A stretch of 64,000 nucleotides of DNA from NCBI GenBank assembly GCA_001662655.1, contig KV460216.1; one strand, 5' to 3'. Below the pieces are notes generated by a model. That model ran no database searches. It saw nothing but the letters and a program-made list of their open reading frames with translations, and had not been told where the DNA came from. Positions within the stretch are counted from its first letter, which is position 1; every line of letters starts with the position of its first letter. The stretch comes from Pseudogymnoascus verrucosus. Its lineage: Eukaryota. Positions 1 to 11,284 of this stretch are shown piece after piece. The position numbers and the translations under genes were made by a program.

Positions 1-535
1 GGCGTATGCATTGGCTGGAATCCGCACCGGCTGGATAGCCTGCCGCAACCCTGAAATCATCGAGGCATTGGCCAGTGCCAGAGATTACACAACGATATCT
101 GTGTCTCAGCTCGATGATCAAGTGGCAAGTTATGCATTATCTGCGAACGTCATACACGCATTGCTCTCGAGGAACATAAACTTGGCCAAAACAAACGTGG
201 CTCTGGTTGAAAAGTTCGTGAATGATCACAGCTCAGTGTGCTCCTGGGTAAAGCCGTTAGCAGGGACAACTGCCTTCATCCAATTCAAGAAGAACGGCGA
301 ACCAGTGGACGACGTGGCATTCTGTTTGGACGTACTGGAGAAGACCAAGGCCATGATACTGCCTGGCTCCAAGGGATTTGGACACGAGAGGGGGTTCGAC
401 TATAAGGGATATGTCAGAATTGGCTACGTCTGCCATACTGCCGTCTTGAAAGAGGCTTTGGAGAGGATGTCGAAGTATGTAGCTGAGGAGCTGGTAGGAG
501 GTGCATTCCCGAGTGGGCAGTTACCCCTTAGATGA
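1..535 (+). CDS. 3' part of a PLP-dependent class I/II aminotransferase (5' end outside window)
   Basis: Open frame AYALAGIRTGW...ARDYTTISVSQLDD...WVKPLAGTTAF...GYVRIGY, typical of the class I/II aminotransferase C-terminus; stop at 533-535. Confidence 0.85.
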   Translation, partial: AYALAGIRTGWIACRNPEIIEALASARDYTTISVSQLDDQVASYALSANVIHALLSRNINLAKTNVALVEKFVNDHSSVCSWVKPLAGTTAFIQFKKNGEPVDDVAFCLDVLEKTKAMILPGSKGFGHERGFDYKGYVRIGYVCHTAVLKEALERMSKYVAEELVGGAFPSGQLPLR

Positions 536-849
536 GAATATTCAAAAAAATGAAGCTCATGATCACCCCGAGGCCGATGGTCCCCACGTCGTAAGCTTGA
601 AAGTGTTTATTGTGCCCTGCTTCATAGTGAATCTCTTATCGTGCTGTCTGTTATCGATAACAATTAATCCTATCTTGATGGGTTGGGCTGCCCAAATATG
701 TGAAGTTGATCTCGCGTAGCAACTTTTAGCCTTTGTTATTCCTCCCCCTTCCTCTTTTCCTCCTTTTCACAACACAAATCATCATTCTATACTATGAATA
801 CCACTATACTTTTATTTGTATTATGGATTATTCAAAACCGACGGTGATA

Positions 850-1670
850 TGACCATCGTTTGGTCAATCCCAAAGTAGGTTCTCCATCCTCAGTGTTTCC
901 ATAACACAAGCATTCTTCCAGAATTTGGACCCGAAACAGAGCTGACTTTCTTCACTTTGCTCCAGAATACCGGTCGATATCTTTGGCGAGAACCACTCGC
1001 CACGGCGAAAAGCCAGGATTGGCTGGCCCGTAAGTCATCTCACTCTTCATTTCCACCCTTTTCCCTGCCGTGCCTCGAATAGCCAGACCTCAGGGACCAC
1101 ATGTGAACCTATGACCGGACTGGGCCTTGCTTTGTGGGCCTGCTGTCATCTTCGATCCTCGATCTCCCATGATCTCTGTTTGAAAGCAAGCCACTGACAC
1201 TCATACAGGCTGGCGGGCGGCCTTCTGCCGTCCCGCGAGGTCAACATTACCGGCGAGGTTAGCGTGCGCCTCTCTGTCGCCCGCTGATTAAGAATGAAGA
1301 ATCAGCGGGTGACGCGGATGCAAACGAGATGGGCTGATGGGCGGAGGAAGTTTTCGTAGCACTCGAGATCAAGGCTAGGAAACTGATAATACGTTTTATC
1401 AGTTTCGTAGCCTTGATCTCGAGTGCTACGAAAACTTCCTCCGCGGTTACCACCAGCGATCCCACTCTCCGCGAGGTCATGAACCTCTAGGGCATGGACC
1501 CACGCGACATCGACCCGACGGAGGGTGGGATCGCAGCTCCCTTGTAAGTGCTCTCCCTTGCTCCTTCCAGTTGTATGTGCTGACTGATGTTTGATCTAGG
1601 CCAGCATCGCTACACTGTACTGCCGCAAGATACTGGCTTAGGCTTTGTTTCTTCGCCATCTTCGACGTAA
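850..1670 (+). ncRNA. Putative spliced, highly structured non-coding transcript (lncRNA/milRNA host or long 5' leader of the SET gene)
   Basis: Consecutive canonical introns: GTAGGT 875..GCTGAC..CAG 965, GTAAGT 1030..ACTGAC..CAG 1208, GTAAGT 1544..GCTGAC..TAG 1599, further donor GTAAGT 1667. Only a ~47-codon spliced ORF. Exon 1209-1543 contains three hairpins. Confidence 0.5.
1341..1444. repeat. 49-bp near-perfect inverted repeat with 6-nt loop
   Basis: 1341-1389 GCGGAGGAAG...CTGATAA is the reverse complement of 1396-1444 except one G/G mismatch (1378/1407); loop TACGTT. Confidence 0.97.
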
Positions 1671-2551
1671 GTTAGTTTTTATTTCATGATATTGGATTCT
1701 TGTTACCGCAATGTTTGCTGGCACCCCATGAATTTCCTTCTACGGATCTGTCTTGTGTGGACTGTTGGAGTTGGCTGTTGGTGTTGCCATGCAGCCTGCT
1801 GCTGTCGATACGTTCTTGCCGTCTGCCCCTTTTCTTGTCACCGGCGGCGTCCTCAGGACGCCAATGACAGTCTTTGTTCTTGCTGCACACCCCCTTATAT
1901 CCGCCAGAATTCTTAGGCAGTGCCGATGATAGCCTCTGGTTTTTGTGTATAAAGCAACCTCTTTCAACCCTGACCACTATTCTTCTTTCTTCTTTTGTTC
2001 GTAACACAGCACGCACATCACGCACAGCACGCTCAATCTCTTTCACACACAATCGTCGCAGTATTATCGTACTCTAGCTTTACATTACACATCTTCTTTG
2101 AGCTCTACCTGCACTGGCTTCCAAATCCTCTACCTCCAACATCATATTTGAGCATCGTTTACGCTGAGCATTTGCACCTTCATTAGGTATTTGCTTCATC
2201 CACCACTGGGCTTTGCTTCATTAACCACAACCAATCACTCCTTGACATTTTGCTTCATCCGCCACGATCAATCTTGCCGATCTTTTGCTTTGTCCACGAC
2301 AAACTTTCAAATATTCCGAAGACTTTGCCCCGTCCACAGCAGCACTTCACCCTTCAAGCCTTTCAAGCCTTCCTCAACTTCCTCGGGCTCCACCAACAAC
2401 CAGTTCATTCTTTTTTCGAAGTGCGTTTCATAGAAATTTATTCTGCACACATTCTTTTCCTTTCTCAATCATTGTGTCATATCTCCCTTATTCTTTGTTG
2501 GAGTTCACCAAAGGCACTATGCAGACTTGGCTAACATTTTCCGCAATCAAG

Positions 2552-3611
2552 ATGTCAACAGACAAAATGGTGTCGTCGGCTGGCGTCTGCTGGACGTTGG
2601 CAGACGACTTTGCCCAATGGTGGGCAGAGGTGCGTTCTTTCACATTTCCACCTCACTCTTACTGCGGATTAAACTGACTCGATCTAGGGGGAGGTAGTTA
2701 CGGGAAAGGAGAAGGGAGTGGGATCGGTGGGATCGGTGACGCCGATTTCACCAGAATCGACGGCTGCGGTGGCACCGACTCCTGGTCCGATGGAGCAGGT
2801 GACATGCCCCTCCCTAGTGGAGGAGGCCTCCCATGCCGCCGTCACCGCGCAAACTTCCGGTTCTTCGAGAGATTCCGGTTCGCCTCTTTTCTCGATCCGC
2901 CCATCTCCCAAGGGTGGCATGGGTGCTTTCGCACTCTCGGACATTGCAGAATCCACTGTCATCATGAAAGAGCTGGCTCTCTTTCTAGCGACAGATGGCA
3001 AGGGGCACTTGGCGGAGGAATTGGAGAAACTCAGCGTGGAGGAAAGAACGGAGTTTTCAAAACTCGCGTGTTATGAGCTGCTAGACCGGGACCGGGACAC
3101 TGCCATCTTCAAAACAAATCGGTATGCTTGCTTTATTTTCTTCTTCTATGATGTTTGTTTTCTCGATCCCCTGGTTTGACTAGGGATGGAACACGACCTA
3201 ATGATGGACTTATCTCCTTCATATCAACACTTACTCGTGCTCCTGTACATTTTAATTTTTTGCTTTGAGATCGCGAAAGAAGGGACGCATCACATCATAT
3301 ACTGACTATAATACAGATTCCGCACCGGTTCCTCCTCCGGAATCTTTCTCGTCGCGTCGCGCTTCAACCACTCATGCAACCCCGTGATCCGCTACAGCTA
3401 CGACTACAGCAACCGCCAGCTGATCTTCTCGACGAAACGCGACGTCAAAGAAGGCGAAGAGCTCACAATCATGTACACGCCCAACTCGCAATACCTCAGC
3501 ATGGATTACGGGTTCCTTTGTGACTGCGGGGTCTGTGATCCACCTCTCAAGGTGCCGGTATACTATGATCGATGGGCGGACAAAGTGCCACACGAAACCG
3601 ACGACTGGTGA
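2552..3611 (+). CDS. SET-domain protein (3 coding exons: 2552-2629, 2688-3121, 3317-3611)
   Basis: Spliced frame gives SPKGGMGAFALSDI...IFKTNRF...GIFLVASRFNHSCNP...RDVKEGEELTIMY...YGFLCDCGVC (SET NHSC, ELxxxY and post-SET cysteines); canonical intron signals. Confidence 0.85.
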
Positions 3612-3682
3612 AGGGTGGACCAGTGGGTGAGGAGGGTGCTGAGCGATGGAGATTCTTGGGACGATGGAAATGTTGGCCGAAA

Positions 3683-3780
3683 GGAATGATCGAGAGGTCA
3701 GGGGGAAGTGCAAACGAAATGGTTTAATTTGGGGGTGGGAATGATCGGGAGGTCAGGGGGAAGTGCAAACAAATGGTTTT
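3683..3780. repeat. Direct repeat of ~42 bp, 2 copies, period 55 bp
   Basis: GGAATGATCG(A/G)GAGGTCAGGGGGAAGTGCAAAC(G)AAATGGTTT at 3683 and 3738. Confidence 0.9.
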
Positions 3781-4150
3781 ACTCGGGGGTGAAGTTTGTG
3801 ATGGAAGGGTGCGCGATGGGGGTTGGCAAATGTGTACAAAAGAGAGCACATAGAAATTACGTTGATCAATCGAAGCTTTTTTCCCCCTTTCTTTTTTGAA
3901 CCAAAACGCAAATCAATGATGTACAGAAGCCAGCTCTTTCAACAACCGGTCCACATCCTTATTTGTCTGTTCACAGGATGTCGATGGAATGGAATCAGTT
4001 GCCGTTCAAGTATAATGCCAGATCTTCAAACTCCTATCTATGCTTCTGAATCACTGTGAATGAATATGTGCATGGCTAAAAGTATTCCATTGGTGGTATA
4101 CAAGACAATATTGGTACAAAACATTTCCCCATATACAATACAACCCCTCT

Positions 4151-5071
4151 CTAATCCATCTTTCCTCCAGTCAACTCCTCCGCAATCTTCACCATTCTCT
4201 TGCCCGTCACCTTCGCCGGCGTCTGATAGTAATCCACAGCCTTCTTCTGTGTATTGCTGACCTCGCTCAGCATACTGAAGACCGTCATTGGCGATCCTTC
4301 GGCATCCCAAATATTCGTCTCGTTCTCCCTTCCGTGAACATGTGCAAACGGCCTCTCCGTGAAGATCTTGTCGATCTCAGCATCCAGCTCCTTCTCGGTG
4401 GTGATGAAAGAGCGTGCATGCATGTATAACGAGTGCAGCGAATCGCGGCGTGCCTCCTCCTGAGCCTTGATCTTCGCAGCCACCTTCTCCGCGGACGCAG
4501 CAATGCGAGCCGCTCTGTTCGGGTCGGGGAGGGCACCGTGCTGGAACGTGGCCATGGCGGCTGTGATGGTGGGTGAAGTGAGACGATCGGATTCTCGCTG
4601 GGGTGCATCAACAAGGCGTTGGTTGTTCTCTTGCGTAATGCTGCTCTTGCGTGCAACCTGAGCGTCCTTCTTCACCTTACGGTCGTAAAGCTTGGTCAGC
4701 CCCTCTCGCAGATTCTCACGCCGGGATGCGGCCATGCGTCGTTTCCACGCCGTGTATTCAGAAGGGGTCTTGGTGAGCTGGTGGGCGGCGGTTGGCTCGA
4801 AAGTGGCGCGGGCAATGTATTCAGGGGAGGACTTGTCGCCGGCTCGTTTCGGGAAGATGTTTCGGGGAACTGGGAGGACACCCTTGACATCGACATGCTT
4901 TTGGGCGAAGCGTTGCCGGGGAAGGGGGATCTCGATAAATTTTGGAGATTCAGGGCCAATGGCCTGGCACTGGGACGAGGAGGTGAAAGTGCGCGCTGCG
5001 GACTTGAAGCATAGCGATTGCTTCCCGCGGGCCAAGCTGCCCAGCGAGCTGGAGGGGAGTGACGGCGGCAT
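4151..5071 (-). CDS. Probable mitochondrial small-subunit ribosomal protein (mS26-like)
   Basis: Intronless ~306-aa ORF from MPPSLPSS. Presequence-like N-terminus (ARTFTSSSQCQA), GPESPKFIEIP and WKRRMAASRRENLREGL motifs recalled from fungal mS26-type proteins. Confidence 0.6.
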   Translation of the reverse strand: MPPSLPSSSLGSLARGKQSLCFKSAARTFTSSSQCQAIGPESPKFIEIPLPRQRFAQKHVDVKGVLPVPRNIFPKRAGDKSSPEYIARATFEPTAAHQLTKTPSEYTAWKRRMAASRRENLREGLTKLYDRKVKKDAQVARKSSITQENNQRLVDAPQRESDRLTSPTITAAMATFQHGALPDPNRAARIAASAEKVAAKIKAQEEARRDSLHSLYMHARSFITTEKELDAEIDKIFTERPFAHVHGRENETNIWDAEGSPMTVFSMLSEVSNTQKKAVDYYQTPAKVTGKRMVKIAEELTGGKMD

Positions 5072-5321
5072 TGTTGGAATTATATCCTCCCTATTGAGGT
5101 TCGTCGTCGAAATTCCGAAGACGAGCGTCCAGCGAGGTTTGGATTTCCTTAGCGTGTGGCTCGTGCTTTGATGTCTTGGCGCTAGATACCAGCCACGCTG
5201 ATAGTAAACTTTTTGCCGATAAACTTTTCTGCCAATCTGGAGAGGGACCATTTCTTCTTCATACCAAGAACATTTCCCCCATACCAACCACAATTAGAGG
5301 ATATTAATCCTCGTTGTCGCT

Positions 5322-7652
5322 ATGGGTACCGGAAAGAAAGAAGCGACCAGGAAGGTCCGCCAGGGAAAGGTCGGAGATGGCATGGAAAACGTCAAGGTCA
5401 AGGGCGAGAATTTTTATCGGTATGTTGTACCGTCAAGGCGCAATCCGCCGAAAACCACACCGTTCAAGAGCCAGAACTAACGTCGCACAGTACTGGTAAA
5501 CAAGCCAAGGTGTTGAAGATCTTCACTGGTGGTAAGGAGAGGAGAAACGCTGCTGGAAAAATCACACAATCTGCTGTATTCCAAGGCCGTGAAGTCCCAG
5601 CCGCCCGTATCGAGCCAAACAGGAAATGGTTCACCAACTCGAGAGTTATCAGCCAGGATGCGCTTTCTTCCTTTCGCGATGCCATGGCAGAGAGAGCAGC
5701 GGACCCATACACCGTGCTGCTGAAGACGAACAAATTACCTATGACCTTGATCAGAGATGGAGAAGGCAAGAATGGCATCAAGCAGCATCAAGCGAAGATT
5801 GCGGTCGAAGCTTCACCTTTCAGCGATACCTTCGGACCGAAATCACAGCGTAAGCGTGTTAAGCTCAGCGTCAACTCTCTGGCGGATCTTGCGGACGATA
5901 GTGTCAAGAGCCACGATACATACCTGGACAGACTTGAGCAAGCCAAGCTTCTGAGCGGCAATCCCGAGGAAAAAGAGACTGTTGGAGAGGCAGCACCTGA
6001 AGATTACGGCTACGTCTCGAGCGCAAGGGAAGCTATCTTCAGCAAGGGACAGAGCAAACGTATTTGGAACGAGCTTTACAAGGTTATCGATTCTTCTGAC
6101 GTTGTCATCCACGTTCTCGATGCAAGAGACCCGCTCGGCACGAGGTGTCGCAGCGTCGAGAAATACATCAAGGAGGAGGCACCGCACAAGCATCTCATCT
6201 TCGTTCTCAACAAGTGCGATTTAGTACCTACTGGCGTTGCTGTAAGTTCACCCATTTTTTCAAATAATCTCTTTAGTTTTCCTGCGTTTCCATCGTTAAG
6301 TCAAGACATCTTCTGCATATTATGTGCTCCTCACAATGGAAGTTTGCCTGTTACAACTTTGGTATATTGACTCCATTCTCGCCGCTCTTGATCCAAGAAT
6401 CTTGACGACTGGGCCACGTGCCCGACAGTCTCGATTTGAGGACGGATCTCGAGTAGACAGCGGCCCGTCTTGGGACGCCTGTCGTAAAGAGTTTGGTTCT
6501 GTTTCGTTTGAGTTGAAGGCCGCTCCCACTCTTATGGTGGCTTGTAGCAGCCTTCTTAGTAATGATTCATACATACCCCCCAAAAACAACATATTTTGTC
6601 GCATAACTGACATTTATATTCAGGCTGCCTGGGTCCGCTATTTATCGAAAGATTACCCCACCCTCGCCTTCCACGCCTCCATCACCAACTCCTTCGGCAA
6701 GGGCTCCCTCATCCAACTCCTCCGCCAATTCTCCAGCCTCCACTCCGACCGCAAGCAAGTCTCCGTCGGCTTCATCGGCTACCCCAACACCGGCAAATCC
6801 TCCATCATCAACACCCTCCGCAACAAGAAGGTCTGCACCGTCGCTCCCATCCCCGGAGAGACCAAGATCTGGCAGTACATCACCCTCATGAAGCGCATCT
6901 ACCTGATCGACTGCCCCGGTGTCGTCCCACCCTCCTCATCCGACACCCCGCAGGATATTCTCCTCCGTGGTGTCGTGCGTGTCGAGAACGTCGAGAACCC
7001 TGAGCAGTACATCCCCGCCGTTCTGGCGAAGACCAAGCCTCAGCACATCGAGCGCACCTACGCGCTGCGCGGCTACAAGGACCACATTGAGTTCCTGGAG
7101 CTGCTCGCTCGCAAGGGTGGACGTCTGTTGCACGGTGGCGAGCCGGATGTGGATGGTGTTGCCAAGATGGTGCTGAATGATTTCCTTCGCGGAAAAATTC
7201 CTTGGTTCACCCCGCCGCCGCTTTTGGAGGGCGCGGAGGCTGATGTGAAGGGCGTCGAGGGCCGTATGGGGAAGCTGGGCGAGATGGGCAAGAAGAGGAA
7301 GAGAGAGGATGCTGAGTCGACTGTTGCCGAGTCCGAGGCGGCTGATACTTCTATGGCTGATGTGACTGGTGACGATTTCGAGGGCTTTGGCTCGGATGGT
7401 GGAGCAGACCTGTCGGATGATGGGATGCCGGATAGTGATTCTGAGGTTGAGGAGGGCGGTGCGGAGCTTGAAGATGATGATGAGGACAATGAGGATGCCG
7501 AGGATGTGGACGAAGAAGAAGAGGAGGAGGATGAGGAGGGTTTAGAAGATGCGATTGCACAGCAGATTCGCGAGACGATAAAAAGTAATCCGAAAACCAG
7601 GGGTACGGTGAAGATACCGACGCCGAGAAAGGAGCGGCGGACGAAGCGTTAA
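5322..7652 (+). CDS. NOG2: Nucleolar GTP-binding protein 2 (exons 5322-5419, 5491-6241, 6624-7652)
   Basis: MGTGKKE...VKGENFY start, NGP1NT region ([28 protein letters not shown]), circularly permuted GTPase motifs [17 protein letters not shown], acidic tail. Confidence 0.97.
6288..6576 (+). ncRNA. snR191: Intronic H/ACA snoRNA, snR191/U19 orthologue
   Basis: Lies in the 382-nt NOG2 intron (6242-6623), the known host of yeast snR191. Pocket 1 AGTCA (6299-6303)/GTTAC (6350-6354) is followed 14 nt later by H-like ATATTG. Pocket 2 GAGT/TAGT flanks a GAAGGC/GCCTTC stem, with ACA at 6571-6573 14 nt later. Both pockets complement 25S helix 69 GUAACUAUGACUC. Confidence 0.85.
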
Positions 7653-7908
7653 GATATGTATATAGTTGAAGAAGATAAACAATGAATAATGTCAAAAGCG
7701 CTTCATTCTTTCAATCACAAGAACTGCATCAAAAGCTGAGCAATGTAATTAATTTGCAGTGTGTTGAGAGTCTAATAGTCTACAGTATGACTGGATATAT
7801 ACAACTATATTCCCCCCACATCTATATATGCAGGCCACCGTTATATTTCAATCCAATCATACAATCATCAATCGTTGCCCTGCGGCGTCTCCGGTCCTTT
7901 ATTTTCTA

Positions 7909-8803
7909 TTATTTTGACTCCGAACCGGTCTCCTTTGTATCTACATCCACCACCGTTGCCGGAGCCGGTGGCGCCCTCACAAGGACCTTTTGCTCCTCGC
8001 CCATAACCACTGGTATAGTCAGTATCATCCCATGTCACAGAGTCCCCAAACAAAAAGGGAAACTCACATCGCTGCCACAGCACGTAGCTCGTCACAATTG
8101 CAATCGGCAATGCCACAATAGTCATCGTCACCTTCCTCGCCACAGGCTTATACCCCTTCGGCAACTGCTGCTGCCCTCCTGGCAAAGGCCTTGCCCCAGC
8201 CGGTTTACTGATATTATCCACAATCTGCGCATTCAGCGCACGTAGTGGTATCTTCGGTGCCGGCGGCTTCACGGGCGGTGCAGGCTTGGGAGTCGGCGTT
8301 TTGGCGGCCGTCTTGGCGGGGGGCTTGGGCGTTGAGGTTTTGGAGGGTGTGCGTGGGTGGGAGACTGGCTTGTTGGAGGGAGAGGGTTTTGGGGCCGGAG
8401 AGGCTTTGGTGGAGAGTTCGCGAACGGCGGTGAGGATTGCGGAGGGGCGGTGCTGTGGTGTTGGTGAGGCGGTTGGGCGGGGTGAAGGAGGGGGAACGCT
8501 GGTGGTCTGATTTGACGGCTCAACGGATTCGGGGATTGGAGAAGGCGCGGGGGCCGCAGCCTTGGGCTGGATTGGGGTTATGGGCATGGCGACTTCGGGT
8601 GAGGGTGTTTCTGGGGTTGGAGTCTTCGCTTTCCTTGTTCGTGGTTTGGCGGGCTCTGTTGCTGCTGGGGTTGTCTTTGGGGCGGCGGTTTTGCGTGCGG
8701 TGGTGGTTTTGGCGGGAGCAGGCGAGGATGGAGCGGCTGTCTCTGGGAGGGGGTTCTTCCGGGGACGCCCTCGTTTCTTCGCAACTGTTTGTTCGGTCGA
8801 CAT
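7909..8803 (-). CDS. Pro-rich protein with N-terminal AT-hook and C-terminal TM helix (intron 8010-8067)
   Basis: KKRGRPRK AT-hook, P/T/A-rich body, ARKVTMTIVALPIAIVTSYVLWQR. A GTGAGT..CAG intron restores the frame to VMGEEQK...ESK*. Confidence 0.8.
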
Positions 8804-8884
8804 TGGCACGGTTGGGGAGAGATAAGTAGTGATTCTGATGGGGTGAGTCGTGGTTGTCTTGGATTTTTTTTGGGGGGAGTTTAG

Positions 8885-8920
8885 ACGCGTGCCTGGGGTG
8901 GGTTAGACGCGTTTTTCGCG
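8885..8920. promoter_or_regulatory. Two MCB-like ACGCGT elements plus TTCGCG upstream of the AT-hook gene
   Basis: TTAGACGCGT repeated at 8881 and 8903, about 80-110 bp upstream of ATG 8803. Confidence 0.4.
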
Positions 8921-9870
8921 TTGGTAATTTACCTTGCGGGGTTGATGGCAGTAACGACTGGGATGTTGAAACGCAACGACGATACAGTAATGATATCGAT
9001 GACTGATTGACAACTTTGTTTATATTTACGAAGACTGAAGAACGAGAGGGGAGTCAGAGGTCAATTTTCTTATCGTCAATTACGAATTCAGGAGTTAGTG
9101 TTCGATTCTGTGGAGTTAACTGGTTATCCACGAGTTTGCATGAATAAAGGGAAATTAACCCACGAAGTCTGTGCCGCTCATAATCCCCCGCTCTATATGG
9201 ACAAATCAAGTTTTTTGACGGTGTGACTATCATTGGAGTCTAACAACGAACTTTCGGCTCCCTTTGTCCCTTTGTCGGCCAGCGAACATTTGCTTTGACA
9301 AGCCAAAACTAAACCATCAACCTGCTGCCACAAACTCCCAAATCCTCCCTGTACCCGCTGAAATGCCGAACAGTGCTGTCGGTATAAAATGCCAAACAGC
9401 GTGGTTGATATAAAATGCCCTTCTGTAAAAAAAACCGTAGCCCTGGCCGGCGACATCTCATGACGGCTACACCGAACGTATATTTGTGTTGATTTGTGTT
9501 AAAGTCGCAACTCTAGGGCTAGAGAGTCCAGGGGTGCTCTTGCCATTGTTGTTAAAATCCGGTGAGTAAAGAAGGTCTAAGGAAATGCTCAAAAGAATAC
9601 TCTACCCGCGAGAAACGAGAAACGAGAGTACTCGTCGTTTGTCGAGGGCAGGTCTGATCATTCCCGGCTGTTCCTACTGCTTGTGCTCCGACAATGCTGT
9701 CTCAAACATACCTCGCAGCCTGAATATATTCCAAAGTGTACCCTAGGGCCTATCTAGACTCATGATGCATGTTCTAAATCCGTGTATGCTCAAGTCTCCG
9801 AGGTTCACTTCGACGGCGGGACTTGGAAATATTTTATATTCAAGTGCTGTGAGGAAGTATGTGCGACACT

Positions 9871-10230
9871 TTATTTGGCGGAAATCGACGTTTTACTAAA
9901 GACAGAAGTCGCTCTCCTCAAAAGTTTGACACCCTTTTCAAATGTCGAAGTTCTGTCTCCACGTTTAAGGGGCGTAGGCTCGGGGTTGTGTTTTGGCTTT
10001 CCTACGGCACGGTAGCAAAGTAAGCGTTTGCATCTCTCGACAAGACACTTTAGTCTAGCATTCTGCTCACCTGTTGACCTTTGCCTGGATGCCTCCTGCT
10101 CAGCCTCGAATTTTCTCCTCTGTGTGCTTGGATCCGCCGTCATTCGCTCTATCCGTTGAGCTTCTTCTCTCGAAAGGAGATTTGTGGGAGAAGCCCGCTT
10201 TGGCTTTGGGTCAATAGCAATGATTGACAT
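9871..10230 (-). CDS. Small hypothetical protein
   Basis: 119-aa ATG-initiated charged ORF, no recognisable motif. Confidence 0.3.
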   Translation of the reverse strand: MSIIAIDPKPKRASPTNLLSREEAQRIERMTADPSTQRRKFEAEQEASRQRSTGEQNARLKCLVERCKRLLCYRAVGKPKHNPEPTPLKRGDRTSTFEKGVKLLRRATSVFSKTSISAK

Positions 10231-11284
10231 GTCTAGCGAGCAAGAATATATGTTATTGTAGTATAAATCGACGATAGTATTGAGGATGAAAAGGTGGCGG
10301 GATGGTATCTAGGCATATATACGAAGATCTCCTTGTCACCAGTTCGCCACGAGCAGGTGTGTGACACCTCGCAAGTGCGACACCTCCCAGGCACTTCGCC
10401 AAGCGTCGAACTGTCACCGCCACCACCATGGTGATTCCACGAGTACATTAGGGATACTAATAGGTACGGCTAAAATCTATGCTTATATCCAATCGCGTTA
10501 TCTCTACGCCTAAGTTTGAAGATACCCAGCCTATCAGAACTGCCATACCCGCATATACGTGGAATAGCAAATATCTTTGTTTTCCTCATATGATGACCTG
10601 TCCAATGACTGCGCCCTGCGCGTGGTCTAACTATGATAAAAGGGCGACCAATACATAAAGGAACAATAAAACTACATCTATTGTAAATGCCGGAGAGAAA
10701 ACGCCACGTTGATGCAGAGTGCCCCGTCGCGCGCCTAACAAGGCTATGAAGGCCGAAAAGGATGCACATCCCAGCCTCACTTTTTCTTTACTTCTCTTCC
10801 CATCTCTCAGTTAGAGATACGGAAGTGCATTGGGGTGGGGTGTAAACATATGGCATTATTTATGCCTAAGGTCTTATTTCCCTACTAATCTTTTGACAGC
10901 TTTACTAATATATCCATAGGAGAACCGTGGGCTTACTACTAGCATAGTTTGTTTAATATCTAACACAAGCCACTGTCTGCACTGCACTAGGATGGTCGAC
11001 TATGCTGCATCAAATACATCGCTGCTCTTACGAAGTAGTTAGACGATACCAATTAACAAGGATCGCAAATGCCACCATTGCTGCCCAGTGAGAGCTGAGA
11101 GATTGTGTCGGTGATGCTCTTCAAGAGCCGCTTTCCCCAAAAGTATGGGTGTCCAGGTTGTAGCCTTGTCGATTCCAATATCTTGCTACCCCCCCTCTGA
11201 ATTGTCGTCGCATCAGCTACTATAGTACAATCATGAGATATCCCCAAACTGAGGGAGTTATTGAGCCAGGACGCCTCGCTCACC

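Noticed and set aside
780..2550. Telomerase RNA or TPP riboswitch as the identity of the structured region
   Set aside because: No TAACCCTAA-type template and no TPP aptamer consensus found on either strand.
6242..6623. ORF-track extensions of NOG2 through this interval
   Set aside because: It is a canonical GTAAGT..ACTGAC..CAG intron hosting the snoRNA.
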